Positions 1 through 10,816 are shown, counted from the stretch's first letter. The stretch: DNA of 64,000 bases from Leptospira sp. (GCA_034439575.1 JAWXAQ010000016.1:299500-363499), one strand, 5' to 3'. Notes: generated by a model not told the origin, from the letters alone. Numbers and translations are program-made.

Positions 1-572
1 TTTCTATGAGTGCTTAAAAAAATGGTCATGGGAACAATTCCAAAATGAATCACATTGGATTGATGAAAATAAATAGTAAAAAGCTGTAGGCACCAAAGGA
101 ACGCTAGGTGCCAATTCGATAATCCTTTCCTTAAGAACAATACGGAAAATAAAAATAAAAGTGCGAGTAAGCAAGAATGAATGAGTGGGGTATCATTATG
201 GAGACTATAAAACCAAAACGCTTGACTAAATTGAATTAATAGTGCAATTAAAACTGCCAAAACAAAATCATGATAGAGTTTATCCATTAACCAGATAAAG
301 GTGGCAAGGAAAAACAGAGAAGCCGCAAGTATCCTCAGTCTTAAAAAAAACATTATATCATTCGTTGGGAATATGGACTGAACCATTTTCCAGTAGAGAA
401 GGCCTGATGATTCAAATCCTAGGTGATGTGGATTAAAAAAGGCCGATTCCACTCTATTTTTTTGAATATTTAAAGCATACACACATGAATCCCAATCAAA
501 GTTACGCGATAAGTAGCGCAAATGAAAAAGAAATAAAATGAGGATTAGAAAAAATATTAATATTTTTTTCAA
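1..572 (-). CDS. Partial (runs off window) polytopic membrane protein, probable GT-C-fold glycosyltransferase
   Basis: Not in ORF track. Manual translation from TTG at 572: MKKILIFFLILILFLFHLRYLSRNFDWDSCVYALNIQKNRVESAFFNPHHLGF..., open to base 1. N-terminal TM, then a WDS..Y acidic loop and PHH motif, then further TM helices, as in GT-C/PMT-like enzymes. Confidence 0.7.
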   Translation of the reverse strand, partial: MKKILIFFLILILFLFHLRYLSRNFDWDSCVYALNIQKNRVESAFFNPHHLGFESSGLLYWKMVQSIFPTNDIMFFLRLRILAASLFFLATFIWLMDKLYHDFVLAVLIALLIQFSQAFWFYSLHNDTPLIHSCLLALLFLFSVLFLRKGLSNWHLAFLWCLQLFTIYFHQSNVIHFGIVPMTIFLSTHR

Positions 573-587
573 AGAAATGATTTCCGA

Positions 588-1178
588 TTACCTATTGAGA
601 ATTTGGTTGAGCAATTTTTTATTTTTACCATAAGGAAAAAAATAAGGGGAATGAGCGAGAATTTGATCTCCTTTTTTCCAAACGATACGGTTTAATCCCA
701 GAAAATTTAAAAAACCAGAGTGTAACCATTCAATTTGAATATCGTCTTTCGCATTCGTAAATTTTGTCAATTTATCACCTAAGCCATGTCTTTTGATCAT
801 CCAAATTTCGTTTTTAACTAAATACAATTTGGTATTTAATTTTCCAAGGATTGTCGCAATATCCGAAAGGAGTGAAATGGAGATATAAAGAAAAAAGAAT
901 AATGTTAGGTATTGGTAATATTTGATATGATCTAAAAAAGGAATTTTTAAAACTTTCGTAATTTCTAAAACGCCAACGAACCAATATAAAAAATCAGATA
1001 GATAATGTATGTTCAATAGAAATAGATAAAAAAATCCTGAAGCACATATTATCAGAACAATTTGTGGAAGTGGGTTCGCTTCTATTTTTTCGTACAAAGA
1101 GGTTCCAAAGTATGAATTTTTTCTTCGGGCAAAATATTCTTTGATTAAAAACATAAGTCTCGTTAGTTTATATTTCAT
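588..1178 (-). CDS. Hypothetical membrane protein (196 aa, 2-3 TM)
   Basis: ORF with hydrophobic segments; 4-bp ATGA overlap with the upstream GT4 gene. Confidence 0.7.
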   Translation of the reverse strand: MKYKLTRLMFLIKEYFARRKNSYFGTSLYEKIEANPLPQIVLIICASGFFYLFLLNIHYLSDFLYWFVGVLEITKVLKIPFLDHIKYYQYLTLFFFLYISISLLSDIATILGKLNTKLYLVKNEIWMIKRHGLGDKLTKFTNAKDDIQIEWLHSGFLNFLGLNRIVWKKGDQILAHSPYFFPYGKNKKLLNQILNR

Positions 1179-2263
1179 TTTAATAGTTCCTTTTCAAGTA
1201 ATTGTGTTGTTCTATCCCAAGACCAGTTTGTTTCCTTAAATTTCGGAATTCTATTTTTGGTTTTGAACTTAGAAACTTCTTCAAATGCCATTTCCCACTT
1301 TTCTGTATCGAATGGATCAACGTATAAATCATTTTTATCTTCTAAAATTTCTTTAAATACAGGAATGTTAGAGGCGATGCAACGTTTGTTTTCAATCATA
1401 GCCTCAAGTAAGGGGAGTCCGAATCCTTCGTGCAATGATGGGAAGAAAAAAGATTCACATTCATGTATTGCTTGGCCAAGTAAATCATCGCTAGGATTTT
1501 CTATAAACTGAATGGAAAGTTTTTTTGCTGTATCGGAAGTTAAAAATGAAAAAAGTTCCATCCCTTCTTCTCCCCAGCCTTTTCTCCCTAAAATAAGCAA
1601 GCTGTGTTTGTCTTTGGGATTTTTGATTTTAAAATTTTGAAAAGCAGTTGTGAGGCGTTTGATATTTTTTCTTGGCTCCAAAGTTCCGACCGTTAAAAAA
1701 AAGTTAGTTGGTAAAACATTCTTTATTTTTTTGAAATTTCTTTTGACAACACCTGGAAAAATCACGACACATTTATTTTTTGCAAATGGAAAGTTTATCT
1801 CAATATCATGGAAAGTATTTTTGGAAAGACAAAATATACGATCCGCAATTTTCAATGTTCTTGGTGAAAAGAATTTATGTTGGTAATAATTCCACTTTGC
1901 CATCGTTTCCGGTGCAGAAATAAAATTAAGATCATGATAATTGACAAAAGTAGGGATATTTAATTTAAAAAATGGTAATAGCTGTAAGGTGGCCCAAAAT
2001 TTAACTATATTGTCCTTTTTAATTCGACGAGGTAGAAAAAAATGGAGATAGATCGGTCCTGGAATACTTTTATCTTCAATTCGTAAAACTACATTCGAAT
2101 GATTGATTAAATCTTCAAAAATAGGGTGTATCGGTTTATTGCTATAAAAATAGAACTGCACATTTTTATGTTTCGGGATCATCCGTCGGAGTGTTTCCGC
2201 TAGATAACGCGAGTTACCTGTGACGCCGTATGCCAGTGGCCTTACATCAATTCCTAATTTCAT
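1175..2263 (-). CDS. Glycosyltransferase family 4 (GT-B)
   Basis: GTLEPRKN and FPSLHEGFGLPLLEAM (EX7E) motifs; N-terminal HDL motif. Confidence 0.92.
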   Translation of the reverse strand: MKLGIDVRPLAYGVTGNSRYLAETLRRMIPKHKNVQFYFYSNKPIHPIFEDLINHSNVVLRIEDKSIPGPIYLHFFLPRRIKKDNIVKFWATLQLLPFFKLNIPTFVNYHDLNFISAPETMAKWNYYQHKFFSPRTLKIADRIFCLSKNTFHDIEINFPFAKNKCVVIFPGVVKRNFKKIKNVLPTNFFLTVGTLEPRKNIKRLTTAFQNFKIKNPKDKHSLLILGRKGWGEEGMELFSFLTSDTAKKLSIQFIENPSDDLLGQAIHECESFFFPSLHEGFGLPLLEAMIENKRCIASNIPVFKEILEDKNDLYVDPFDTEKWEMAFEEVSKFKTKNRIPKFKETNWSWDRTTQLLEKELLK

Positions 2264-3536
2264 CTTTTATAAAAATTTCTCTGAGGATAAAGATATAAAG
2301 TGCAATGCTTGTATAAAATAAAATAGAGAACATCAAAAAGACTCCCTCCATCACACCACCAATAATGGATCTATGTGTTAGCAATGGTATCACCAAGATA
2401 AGGATCAAGGATATAGATTCTTTCTTAGTATAATTTTGATTTAAATAGCGAGATATTAGTAAAAATATAGGGAAAATACATATCACAAAACTATGAATCC
2501 AGCTGATGCCACTAAAAATTGCCGAGGCTAAAAATAGTAAGGCGGTCAGTTCCCATTTTTTATCTTTCATCTTCAAAATAAATAAAACCGGAATGCCAAA
2601 GATTCCTATGATAACCAATTGGATGAATTTGACAACTTCCATGGAAAGGCTAACGAAAGGCATACGGTATAAGGGTTGGTTTACGAAATCTGCACCTGAA
2701 ATAAAATATTTTGCCAATGTGGAAGGCAGACTTTGGTTATTTTTCCAGGAACGTAACAAAGGATTTGTGAGAGCATTGCCAAGGACTTCCTGAAACCAGA
2801 CTTTTGTCATTTCTATCGTATAATGGGGATTATAAACCATTGGCAAAAGATTCCATAGAAACAATCCTATAAAAAACCAAAGGATAGATCTCCATTTTTT
2901 TTCATAAAATAAAACAAAGAGAAAAACAATCGGAGTCACTTTTATCGTTGTCGCAAGGGCGAGTAAAATTCCAGAAATTATTTCATTTTTAACAGTCAGT
3001 GACAACAATACAAGTAACACGAGTAATAAGCCCACTTGGTTATTTTGGATATGACTTTCTATATAACGAAAGTTAATGACTAGCACCAATGATAATAACC
3101 ATTCTATGTTTTTTATGCGAATGCCAAATTTTTCTGGTCTTGAAAATAAAAATAAAATGCCACATAAAGATAAAAAGTTGATACTGGTATGAATTCCTGA
3201 TGCAGTCTTTTCAGAAAAATAAGTAAGAGGTAAGAGTAAAAAAGAAAACAGAGGAGGGTAAATGTAAGTCGCAGTTTGCGTTTGTAAGGCTGTGAGCAAA
3301 CTTATGTTCTCTGGTAAAAATAATTCTTCCCAAGATTTGACTTTATCTTTTAATTCATAAGCGACATCAAATTTATAAAGATTTTCGCTCGTTTTCCATC
3401 GTTCACTGGCATGGTAATAATCTAAGAAGTCCGATTTTTGGGAGACACGCGAAAGGCTAGCTACTAAAAAGTAACAGAGGAAAAGGATTAGAACGAACCG
3501 TCCTCCTATTTCTGACTTTTGAAATGACTTCCACAT
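2247..3536 (-). CDS. Glycosyltransferase family 87 (DUF2029, GT-C membrane mannosyltransferase-like)
   Basis: DF..YY N-terminal motif, YIYPP, NNQV, LA..IKVTP and NQSL motifs, about 10 TM helices. Confidence 0.8.
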   Translation of the reverse strand: MWKSFQKSEIGGRFVLILFLCYFLVASLSRVSQKSDFLDYYHASERWKTSENLYKFDVAYELKDKVKSWEELFLPENISLLTALQTQTATYIYPPLFSFLLLPLTYFSEKTASGIHTSINFLSLCGILFLFSRPEKFGIRIKNIEWLLSLVLVINFRYIESHIQNNQVGLLLVLLVLLSLTVKNEIISGILLALATTIKVTPIVFLFVLFYEKKWRSILWFFIGLFLWNLLPMVYNPHYTIEMTKVWFQEVLGNALTNPLLRSWKNNQSLPSTLAKYFISGADFVNQPLYRMPFVSLSMEVVKFIQLVIIGIFGIPVLFILKMKDKKWELTALLFLASAIFSGISWIHSFVICIFPIFLLISRYLNQNYTKKESISLILILVIPLLTHRSIIGGVMEGVFLMFSILFYTSIALYIFILREIFIKDEIRN

Positions 3537-3591
3537 TGATTTCCTACCAATTTTTGGTTTTTCCCCAATATAGCAAGATTTTCCTGACAGA

Positions 3592-4638
3592 ATGAGCCTA
3601 GACTTCCTGGATGAGTACGATTTTCCCCTCGATGAGAGTCAAATCGCAAAATATCCAGCAAAAGAGCGAGATGAATCAAAACTATTGGTTCTAAAAAGAC
3701 AAAGTTCTACGATTACAAAGCATAAAAATTTTCGTGAAATTACTTCATATCTTAGGTCTGGAGATGTACTAGTTTATAATGAAACTAAAGTCTCTAAACG
3801 AAGGGTCTTTTTGGAAACGAAATCGGGACGTAAGCATGAATCCATTTTTTTGGAATCTCGTGACCCCGAGGGCTTGGAATGGTTGTGTATTTTAAAGAAT
3901 CGTAAGAAACTTAAGTTAGGTGAAAGTATCTGGCCAATTGGTGAAACAGAAATATCCTTTTCCTATACCGAAGCCAAAGAAGAACTGTCTCTCCTTCATT
4001 CCTCAAAAAAAATTACGGAAGAAGATTTTGAAAAATGGGGAAAAATTCCTATTCCTCCCTATCTGAAACGGGAGGCCACTGAAGATGATGAAGAAAGATA
4101 CCAAACAATATTTGCAAAAAATCTTGGTTCGGTCGCGGCACCCACGGCAGGTTTGCATTTTACAAATGAATTAAAGGAACAATTGTTAAATATTGGAGTG
4201 CAATTTGTACCTATCAATTTGGAAATTGGTTATGGCACCTTCCAACCGCTAAGTGAGGCCCAAGTCGTCGAAAAAAAATTGCACAAAGAAAAGTATTTTG
4301 TCTCATTAGAAAGTGCTGAACTCCTAACACTTGCCAGGAGGGAAGGTCGACGTATTATTTCCATAGGTACCACAAGCCTTCGTGTATTAGAAACAATCTA
4401 TGAGAATCATTCTCAACTATTTGTGGCAGGGCAAGGTGAAACTGACATATTTGTGTCACCAGGAGATGAGATTCATTCCATCGACGGTTTAGTCACGAAT
4501 TTTCATCTGCCGAGAAGTTCTTTGCTCTTACTTGTTAGTACATTTGCGGGTAAAGAATTAATTATGAAATCTTATCATCATGCTTTGGACAATGGCTTCC
4601 GATTTTACTCATACGGTGACACAATGTTTGTGCTTTGA
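3592..4638 (+). CDS. queA: S-adenosylmethionine:tRNA ribosyltransferase-isomerase
   Basis: PIPPYLKR, YQTIFA...GSVAAPTAGLHFT, GTTSLRVLE, TNFHLPRSSL, FYSYGD motifs. Confidence 0.97.
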   Translation: MSLDFLDEYDFPLDESQIAKYPAKERDESKLLVLKRQSSTITKHKNFREITSYLRSGDVLVYNETKVSKRRVFLETKSGRKHESIFLESRDPEGLEWLCILKNRKKLKLGESIWPIGETEISFSYTEAKEELSLLHSSKKITEEDFEKWGKIPIPPYLKREATEDDEERYQTIFAKNLGSVAAPTAGLHFTNELKEQLLNIGVQFVPINLEIGYGTFQPLSEAQVVEKKLHKEKYFVSLESAELLTLARREGRRIISIGTTSLRVLETIYENHSQLFVAGQGETDIFVSPGDEIHSIDGLVTNFHLPRSSLLLLVSTFAGKELIMKSYHHALDNGFRFYSYGDTMFVL

Positions 4639-4646
4639 AAAAGGGA

Positions 4647-4675
4647 TTTACAAAGTAATCAGCATTCACTAAATT
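4647..4675 (+). promoter_or_regulatory. Putative sigma70 promoter for the 4700 gene
   Basis: TTTACA (4647-4652), 17-nt spacer, TAAATT (4670-4675), 24 nt before the ATG. Confidence 0.5.
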
Positions 4676-4699
4676 CGAAGGACACTAATAATTCATTTC

Positions 4700-6016
4700 A
4701 TGTTTTCCCCTCAATCTTCAGTAATCATTTCCTTACTCTCCGGAGTGGGTTTAGTGGCAGTTGTGTCCTTAGCACCTGTACGCTCAAATGGTTCGGGAGA
4801 TCCTTCGGTTCCGATTCAAAAAGAGAAAAATATCCTTTTTCCTAATATAAATCGCCATCCTAGTGAAGGTTTAGAATCCGATGGCCTGAGCAAAATCGTT
4901 AGAGAGCCTGATCAAACGGAATTCAATTTAAAAGCAGATATGAACGATTCCTTCCGTTCAGAAAACAAAATTTGGGCAGATACGATTTTGCCTTCTCAAT
5001 CAGAAGGTAGATTTTCATCGATTCGTTCTCAGTCAGATTGGGATCTCTATGAAAATCAAAATGGAGAACGAAAAATTTATTTCCAAAAAGATGGACTCGT
5101 TATGCGAGGACTTTCAAATCAAACTTCTCTTAGCTCAAGTTTGAGCCGTCGCGATTTTACGCCAAGCGAGCGCTTTGCGAATAGAAGACTCGACGCCTAT
5201 GAAGTTCAGTATGCGATTACACCTAGCATCGGTGCAGTGGTGCAAGGTGGAAACATCGACCAGATTGATGATAGATCTAGATTCCAGAGAAATTTTGCTA
5301 TGGCGGGAGTCTCCATCAAAGGGGGAGACTTTTTTCAAGCAAAAGTGCTCACAGGTGACACGAGCGTCACTACAAACCAATCGTCAAATTTTAATTTCAA
5401 TCCTTTGAACCCAAATCGCCCCAATGATATTTCCAGACGTGAACGTGATGATGTGAAGCAGTTATATGAATGGCAGGCAAATTTCACACCGTCCGATTAT
5501 TTTAAATTACAAACATCGCTTTATAACCAAAGAACGGAAAATTCATTGAATATGTCCTCGCCTGACGGTGGTAAGGTCTCCGTATTTGTTGGTGGCAAAC
5601 AAGTACAAATGAATCTCCGATACAATTATTTAACAAATCGAAATGCTTCTGGTTTTTCTTCGAATGGACAAACTTTCAACCCTTCACAAGATCTCGCATC
5701 CCTTGGAGTGGTTGTATTTTTGGATCAGTCGCAAAGGTATTCCGTTTATGTGGGTAATAATTTTTACAATGTTCTCAATGACCCAGCGAACCAAATCAAA
5801 GATGCCAGTGGACGATCTCCTTCCACATTCACTGCCTCCTTTCGTGGTAAAAACCCATCATCTAGCAGGTCTAGTTTTTTCTTAAACTTCCAAAATCAAT
5901 TTTATAAGGATGGAGCTGTGATTGGATTGCCTGGTGTGATTCCGATTTCAGGTGCCCAACAGGGAAAATCTTTCTATGAATACGCGACTTCACTTGGTGT
6001 AGATGTCTCATTTTAG
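4700..6016 (+). CDS. Hypothetical exported protein, possible outer-membrane beta-barrel
   Basis: N-terminal hydrophobic segment, alternating beta-strand-like segments, C-terminal ...LGVDVSF resembling a beta-signal. Confidence 0.6.
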   Translation: MFSPQSSVIISLLSGVGLVAVVSLAPVRSNGSGDPSVPIQKEKNILFPNINRHPSEGLESDGLSKIVREPDQTEFNLKADMNDSFRSENKIWADTILPSQSEGRFSSIRSQSDWDLYENQNGERKIYFQKDGLVMRGLSNQTSLSSSLSRRDFTPSERFANRRLDAYEVQYAITPSIGAVVQGGNIDQIDDRSRFQRNFAMAGVSIKGGDFFQAKVLTGDTSVTTNQSSNFNFNPLNPNRPNDISRRERDDVKQLYEWQANFTPSDYFKLQTSLYNQRTENSLNMSSPDGGKVSVFVGGKQVQMNLRYNYLTNRNASGFSSNGQTFNPSQDLASLGVVVFLDQSQRYSVYVGNNFYNVLNDPANQIKDASGRSPSTFTASFRGKNPSSSRSSFFLNFQNQFYKDGAVIGLPGVIPISGAQQGKSFYEYATSLGVDVSF

Positions 6017-6500
6017 AATTTCCCTTCTACTTTTGGTATTTTTATGTTCCTGTTTTTTTAGCGAAGAAAAGGATTCTCCTCCAAAGAAAGTGCAGATTCC
6101 TCCTTTGGAAAAATTGGCCATTTCACTTTCTGAAAAAGGGTTTTTGGTCAACAAACAAAGATTGATCGTGCTTACCTTTACCTCCACCGAGGGCACGGCA
6201 AATGTCTACGGCAATATATTATCCGAAAAACTGACTACAGAACTGGTTAAAAAAGATCGTTTTTCCGTTTTGGATCGGATGGTAAATGAAAAGACCCTTC
6301 GCGAAAAATCACTGAGCCTTGAGTCTTCTTTGGACATTGCCACCTTGCGAAAAATAGGCGAAGTATTAAATTTAGACGTCATAGTCACGGGAATCATTAG
6401 CCCTTATCAAAATGGAGTTTTTGTAAATACCCGCTTAATTGATATAAAAACAGGATTAATTCTCAAAGCTGAAGAGGTCTATGTCCTAATCGACGGCTAA
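6003..6500 (+). CDS. FlgO/CsgG-like fold lipoprotein
   Basis: Lipoprotein signal (LVFLCSC), then LSEKLTTEL..FSVLDR..IGEVLNLDVIVTG..VNTRLIDIKTG.I pattern. Confidence 0.75.
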   Translation: MSHFRISLLLLVFLCSCFFSEEKDSPPKKVQIPPLEKLAISLSEKGFLVNKQRLIVLTFTSTEGTANVYGNILSEKLTTELVKKDRFSVLDRMVNEKTLREKSLSLESSLDIATLRKIGEVLNLDVIVTGIISPYQNGVFVNTRLIDIKTGLILKAEEVYVLIDG

Positions 6501-6590
6501 TCTTTCAATTTCTCTAATTTTACTCATGTAGGATTCAATTTTGGATTGATTCTGACTTTTACAAACTCATAAATGTATCAAGAGGACACG

Positions 6591-8846
6591 ATGGCATTTG
6601 ATATAGAAATGATTCAGGCTCGCTACAAGAAAATGGAAGCGGCGATTGCTGCGGCAAGAAAGGTAGTTGGACGACCCCTTACACTTACGGAAAAAATTCT
6701 TTACTCCCACCTTTGGGACGGAAACGCAAAACAAGCGTTTGATCGAGGTAAAGACTATGTAGATTTCGCACCTGACAGAGTTGCGATGCAAGATGCTACA
6801 GCCCAAATGGCTTTATTACAATTTATGCAAGCTGGTCGCAAAAAAGTTGCCGTTCCTTCAACGGTTCATTGTGACCATTTAATTACTGCTAAGGTGGAGT
6901 CAGGGAAAGACCTCGGTGTGGCCCTTGACGAAAACAAAGAAGTGTATGACTTCCTATCTTCTGTTTCTACAAAGTACGGCATAGGTTTTTGGAAACCTGG
7001 TGCTGGTATCATTCACCAAGTTGTTTTAGAAAACTATGCATTTCCTGGCGGGATGATGATCGGAACAGATTCTCATACGGTCAATGCTGGCGGACTTGGA
7101 ATGATTGCTATTGGTGTTGGTGGAGCTGACGCTTGTGATGTGATGGCTGGGCTTGCTTGGGAATTAAAATGGCCAAAAGCAATTGGTATCAAACTCACAG
7201 GTAAGTTAAATGGCTGGACTGCTGCTAAAGATGTGATCCTTAAAGTAGCTGGTATCCTTACTGTAAAAGGTGGAACAGGTGCTATTGTTGAATACTTTGG
7301 ACCAGGTGCAGAATCCCTATCTTGCACTGGCAAAGGAACCATTTGCAATATGGGTGCCGAAATTGGTGCGACAACATCTACCTTTGCTTATGATGCATCC
7401 ATGGAAAGATACCTTCGTTCCACTAACAGAGCTGATGTGGCAGACCTTGCCAATCAGTACAAAGAATATCTGACTGCAGACAAAGAAGTATACGCGGACC
7501 CACAAAAATACTTTGATGAAGTCATCGAAATAAATCTTGATACACTTGAGCCATACGTTAACGGCCCTTTTACGCCAGACCTTGCAACTCCAATTTCAAA
7601 ATTGAAAGAAGAAGCGATCAAAAATGGCTGGCCTATGAAAGTGGAAGTTGGCCTTATCGGTTCTTGCACAAATTCTTCTTATGAAGATATCTCACGTGCG
7701 GCTTCCCTCGCCAAACAAGTAGCAGATAAAGGTTTAAAGACAAAGGCTGAATTTACGATCACTCCTGGCTCTGAACTAGTGCGTTATACGATCCAACGCG
7801 ATGGATTTATCGATACCTTCTATAAAATCGGTGCTAAGGTATTTTCCAATGCTTGTGGTCCTTGCATTGGGATGTGGTCACGGGTGGGTGCGGATAAAAA
7901 GGAAAAAAACACAATTGTTCATTCCTTTAATCGTAACTTCCAAGCGCGCCAAGACGGTAACCCAAACACATATGCATTTGTAGCTTCACCAGAACTCACA
8001 ACAGCTCTTGCGATTGCAGGAGATTTGGGCTTTAATCCGCTCACAGACTCACTTATCAATGAAAAGGGAGAGAGTGTGAAACTGGATCCACCTTCAGGGG
8101 AAGAGTTACCGAAAAAAGGATTTGCTGTGGAAGATGCAGGTTACCTTGCACCAGCGGCCGATGGTTCGGGTGTGCAAGTGATCGTTGATCCAAAATCAAC
8201 TAGATTACAGCTTCTTGCTCCATTCCAAAAATGGGAAGGTTCAGATCTTAAAGGTTTGAAATTACTAATCAAAGCAAAGGGAAAGTGTACTACGGATCAT
8301 ATTTCTATGGCAGGGCCTTGGTTGAAGTTTAGAGGTCATTTGGACAATATTTCCAATAACCTTTTGATTGGTGCCACAAACTTTGCCAATGGAAAACAAA
8401 ACGAAGTCAAAAACCAGCTAACAGGAAACTACGAACCAGTCCCACAAACCCAACGTGCCTATAAGGCGGCAGGAATTGGGTCCATTGTAGTGGGTGATGA
8501 AAATTATGGGGAAGGATCTTCTAGAGAACATGCCGCTATGGAACCAAGACATCTTGGTGTTCGTGCCGTTCTTGTGAAATCTTTCGCTCGTATTCACGAA
8601 ACAAACCTCAAAAAGCAAGGGATGTTGGCTTTGACATTTGCCAATAAAGAAGATTATGATAAAATCCAAGAAGATGATGTGATAGATATCATTGGACTGA
8701 CTTCTTTCGCAGAAGGTAAGCCTCTCACATTAGTTTTGAATCATAAAGATGGTAAAAAGGATGAAATCACTGTTAACCATACTTACAATGCACAGCAGAT
8801 AGATTGGTTCAAAGCGGGGGCCGCATTGAACCTTATGAAAGCTTAA
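6591..8846 (+). CDS. acnA: Aconitate hydratase (mitochondrial-type)
   Basis: [46 protein letters not shown] motifs. Start moved to ATG 6591, which follows a GAGGA SD. Confidence 0.97.
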   Translation: MAFDIEMIQARYKKMEAAIAAARKVVGRPLTLTEKILYSHLWDGNAKQAFDRGKDYVDFAPDRVAMQDATAQMALLQFMQAGRKKVAVPSTVHCDHLITAKVESGKDLGVALDENKEVYDFLSSVSTKYGIGFWKPGAGIIHQVVLENYAFPGGMMIGTDSHTVNAGGLGMIAIGVGGADACDVMAGLAWELKWPKAIGIKLTGKLNGWTAAKDVILKVAGILTVKGGTGAIVEYFGPGAESLSCTGKGTICNMGAEIGATTSTFAYDASMERYLRSTNRADVADLANQYKEYLTADKEVYADPQKYFDEVIEINLDTLEPYVNGPFTPDLATPISKLKEEAIKNGWPMKVEVGLIGSCTNSSYEDISRAASLAKQVADKGLKTKAEFTITPGSELVRYTIQRDGFIDTFYKIGAKVFSNACGPCIGMWSRVGADKKEKNTIVHSFNRNFQARQDGNPNTYAFVASPELTTALAIAGDLGFNPLTDSLINEKGESVKLDPPSGEELPKKGFAVEDAGYLAPAADGSGVQVIVDPKSTRLQLLAPFQKWEGSDLKGLKLLIKAKGKCTTDHISMAGPWLKFRGHLDNISNNLLIGATNFANGKQNEVKNQLTGNYEPVPQTQRAYKAAGIGSIVVGDENYGEGSSREHAAMEPRHLGVRAVLVKSFARIHETNLKKQGMLALTFANKEDYDKIQEDDVIDIIGLTSFAEGKPLTLVLNHKDGKKDEITVNHTYNAQQIDWFKAGAALNLMKA

Positions 8847-8867
8847 AAAAACTCCAATTTCGACAAA

Positions 8868-8908
8868 CACTGGCTAGCTGAAACTCAAAGGCTAACCAGT
8901 GCTTTTTT
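8868..8908 (+). terminator. Intrinsic terminator after aconitase
   Basis: CACTGGCTAGC (8868-8878) / GCTAACCAGTG (8891-8901) stem with one mismatch, followed by CTTTTTT. Confidence 0.7.
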
Positions 8909-8917
8909 ATAAAACCT

Positions 8918-10114
8918 ATGCCCAAAGTATCTAATAATAAAATTCAAAAAAAAACTTCCATTTCCAAAACAAAAGCTAAAACCATAAATCCTCAATCAGA
9001 GGATCAAACAAATGTAGTATGGGTGAGTACCGGATCAAATCAAACCAAAGCGCAAAAAGAATTTAACGATGCTCTGGGTAAACACAAAGAAACCCAAAAT
9101 AAAGTCAAAGAAGCGGAAGCTCTCTTTACTCTCGTCAATGAAAGATATCTGAAAGATGTCATCCCTGAAATTGAAAAACAAAAGAGTATGATCAAAAAAA
9201 GATACACTCTTATGTTTGAGATTCTCACGGAAGAAAAATGTTCCTTATCTGTGACTCAAAGAGAGTTTATCCGTCGTTATCTGATGGAGAGTGCTTATGA
9301 ACTTCTTTCAGAGGACAATGCTTTTTATTTGGGACTGATCGAAGTACTTGAAACCAAAGCTGAAAAACAAGAACGCCTAGGAAACAAACGAAGAGCCGAA
9401 GCTCAAATTAAACAAAAGTTTGGTGTTGATATTGATCTTGATGAATTAAATCAAACAGAATTTGATAGTGAAGAAGAAAGACAAGCGCATGATGAAAAGT
9501 TTAGAGAATTTCGGGAGAAATTTGAAGAATATAGAAACAATCATTATGAAAAATTTGGCAGGGAAGACAGATCCCAAGAAAGAAAAAAATCCAAGGCACA
9601 AATAGAAAAGGAAAAGAAAATATCGGAGGCAGAAAAGATGATAAGCCTTGATATCAATTCTCTTTTTAAAAGTCTTACAAAACTTATCCATCCAGATAAA
9701 GAATTGGATCCTGTACTTAGAGAAAAAAAATCTCAAATCATGCGAAATCTTTCGGGCGCTAGAGATAATATGAATATAGCTGAGATTTTAGAAATCAAAA
9801 TGCAAGTGGATGAGTTGATTCCTGATAACCAAACCGAAGTTTCATTTAATGACAAAACGATCAAACGATTTGTTTCTATCATTAAAACAAAAATTAAAGA
9901 ATTGGAAATGATGATTTCGAGAAGATTATTTTCGCATCCCTTATTAGAGTCCTATCCTGGTCGGAGTTTGAGTCCAGAATCGCTTAGAAAATATGTTGAA
10001 AAGATAGTAAACGACAATCGTTCCATTACGAAAGTGATCCAGATAGATGTGGAGAGGTTAGAACGTGACCCCAAGCACATTAAGAATATGATTCGTTCTT
10101 TGCAAGAATATTGA
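8918..10114 (+). CDS. Coiled-coil protein with internal J-domain-like HPD motif
   Basis: Highly charged helical sequence; LFKSLTKLIHPDKE resembles J-domain helix II plus HPD loop. Confidence 0.65.
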   Translation: MPKVSNNKIQKKTSISKTKAKTINPQSEDQTNVVWVSTGSNQTKAQKEFNDALGKHKETQNKVKEAEALFTLVNERYLKDVIPEIEKQKSMIKKRYTLMFEILTEEKCSLSVTQREFIRRYLMESAYELLSEDNAFYLGLIEVLETKAEKQERLGNKRRAEAQIKQKFGVDIDLDELNQTEFDSEEERQAHDEKFREFREKFEEYRNNHYEKFGREDRSQERKKSKAQIEKEKKISEAEKMISLDINSLFKSLTKLIHPDKELDPVLREKKSQIMRNLSGARDNMNIAEILEIKMQVDELIPDNQTEVSFNDKTIKRFVSIIKTKIKELEMMISRRLFSHPLLESYPGRSLSPESLRKYVEKIVNDNRSITKVIQIDVERLERDPKHIKNMIRSLQEY

Positions 10115-10117
10115 TTT

Positions 10118-10816
10118 ATGCCTATCAAATCGTTTTTGAATCAAAGAGGAACGAATGTTAGTCGCAGTGGTCTTGGTAAAAATGGAAAGACATTCGAGTC
10201 AGATTATTGGACAGAAATATATGGGAGCGGACTTGACGTAGACGGCTCATACAATGCGAAACAACATGCTACTTACTTACATTCGTTACTTGCACTAATG
10301 GAGATTCCGATTTACAAAATTGCCGATTTTGGATTTGGGAAGGGTATTTTATTAAAAGAATTTGTCAGAACATTTGCACCTGTTAAAGTTTATGCTGTGG
10401 ATGCTTCCAAAGATGCATATCTTGAATTATTAAAAAAAGATTGGGTGAAAAAATCGGATAAATTTCAAGTATATCATTCCTCTTTAGAGGATTTTTCTTT
10501 GGCAAAATTGGAAAGGGAACCTGTAGAACTTGGCATTTGCAATTCCGTTTTACAGTATTTGCCGGACTCAGTTTTGCCCCAAGTGATAGAAAGGCTTGCC
10601 AAATATTGCAATTATTTGTATTTCACAGTCCCCACTAAGGCTGATTATGATTTGATGCGAAAAGAAATGAATTTTTCCGATCCCTATGCCTTCGAACGTA
10701 GCCAAAAAAAATACAGAAAATTACTTTCGAGGGATTTTGAAATCGTCAGTTACAATCTTTTGCAGAGCAAATGGCTCGGCGAAAAGGGGTTTCGTGAGGA
10801 GTTCTTTCGAGTTTAA
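10118..10816 (+). CDS. Class I SAM-dependent methyltransferase
   Basis: IADFGFGKG motif I, YAVDAS motif II, CNSVLQY post-II. Confidence 0.85.
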   Translation: MPIKSFLNQRGTNVSRSGLGKNGKTFESDYWTEIYGSGLDVDGSYNAKQHATYLHSLLALMEIPIYKIADFGFGKGILLKEFVRTFAPVKVYAVDASKDAYLELLKKDWVKKSDKFQVYHSSLEDFSLAKLEREPVELGICNSVLQYLPDSVLPQVIERLAKYCNYLYFTVPTKADYDLMRKEMNFSDPYAFERSQKKYRKLLSRDFEIVSYNLLQSKWLGEKGFREEFFRV

